From Glaucostegus cemiculus (taxonomy: Eukaryota), in the NCBI GenBank assembly GCA_976551045.1, contig CDPCPM010000037.1:25234001-25298000 (forward strand): DNA of 64,000 nucleotides, in the 5' to 3' direction. The notes below the pieces were generated by a model that worked only from the letters and a program-made list of their open reading frames with translations, was not told the DNA's origin and made no database searches. A program made the translations under genes and the position numbers. Below, one piece after another: positions 63,632-64,000 of the stretch (its first letter is position 1; every line of letters begins with the position of its first letter).

Positions 63632-63772
63632 AAACTGGAAGAGCGATTAAGATTGAACTCCAAGGAGCTGGTTTCTTTTGAGTTCACAACACTTGTGGCT
63701 TTAGAGTTTGGCCTTTACCTTCCAGAGAAAAAAGTGTTACCTCACTACAGGCGCCTTGTCCAGCAATCCTAA
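63632..63772 (+). CDS. CABLES2: CABLES2 last coding exon
   Basis: tgcag acceptor. Encodes KLEERLRLNSKELVSFEFTTLVALEFGLYLPEKKVLPHYRRLVQQS*. Summed CDS is 1503 nt (500 aa plus stop). Confidence 0.97.
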   Translation, partial: KLEERLRLNSKELVSFEFTTLVALEFGLYLPEKKVLPHYRRLVQQS

Positions 63773-63984
63773 ATGCAATTACATTCCTACTGAAGATGAT
63801 GTGAACTTGGGAAAAGCAGGAAGTTCTTCCTTAAAATGCTGCACTAGTTGAATTGTCTTTATTTTCCTTTTCTTTATTAGCACAAGAAAAACCGTAACAA
63901 AGAAACTACTATTATACTAGTTGGCAACAGTTACTGCTGATTCATCCAACTTCTTGAAGTTGATTTATGCCAGTTTTTTTTATA

Positions 63985-63990
63985 ATTAAA
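63985..63990 (+). terminator. Possible polyadenylation signal (ATTAAA) in CABLES2 3' UTR
   Basis: ATTAAA variant about 210 nt after the stop. The UTR may extend past the window. Confidence 0.3.
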
Positions 63991-64000
63991 GCACCTTTAT

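Overview
Eukaryotic (vertebrate) genomic DNA. The repeat complement (CR1, V-SINE, Deu-SINE, Penelope, Rex1/Babar) points to a cartilaginous fish (inference). There are two intron-containing + strand genes. (1) The 3' part of RBBP8NL: six coding exons at 263-18282, with the PQRISNxLHGTIAV motif and the CtBP-binding PLDLS motif. (2) A complete CABLES2: nine coding exons at 37839-63772, all GT-AG and phase-compatible, giving 500 aa. The rest is dense, often nested transposon debris: CR1, Rex1/Babar, RTE and Penelope fragments, SINEs, a PIF/Harbinger transposase fossil and a TSD-flanked solo LTR. The most unusual structures are in the ~3.5 kb upstream of CABLES2 and in its introns: a ~1 kb non-autonomous Rex1/Babar-derived element built around a 36-bp minisatellite, a GC-box tandem array forming the CABLES2 promoter, three near-perfect intronic hairpins, decayed Penelope hammerhead motifs and a templated insertion inside a CR1. 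Most ORFs in the supplied track are spurious or repeat-derived. All family assignments come from recognising motifs; no database search was run.
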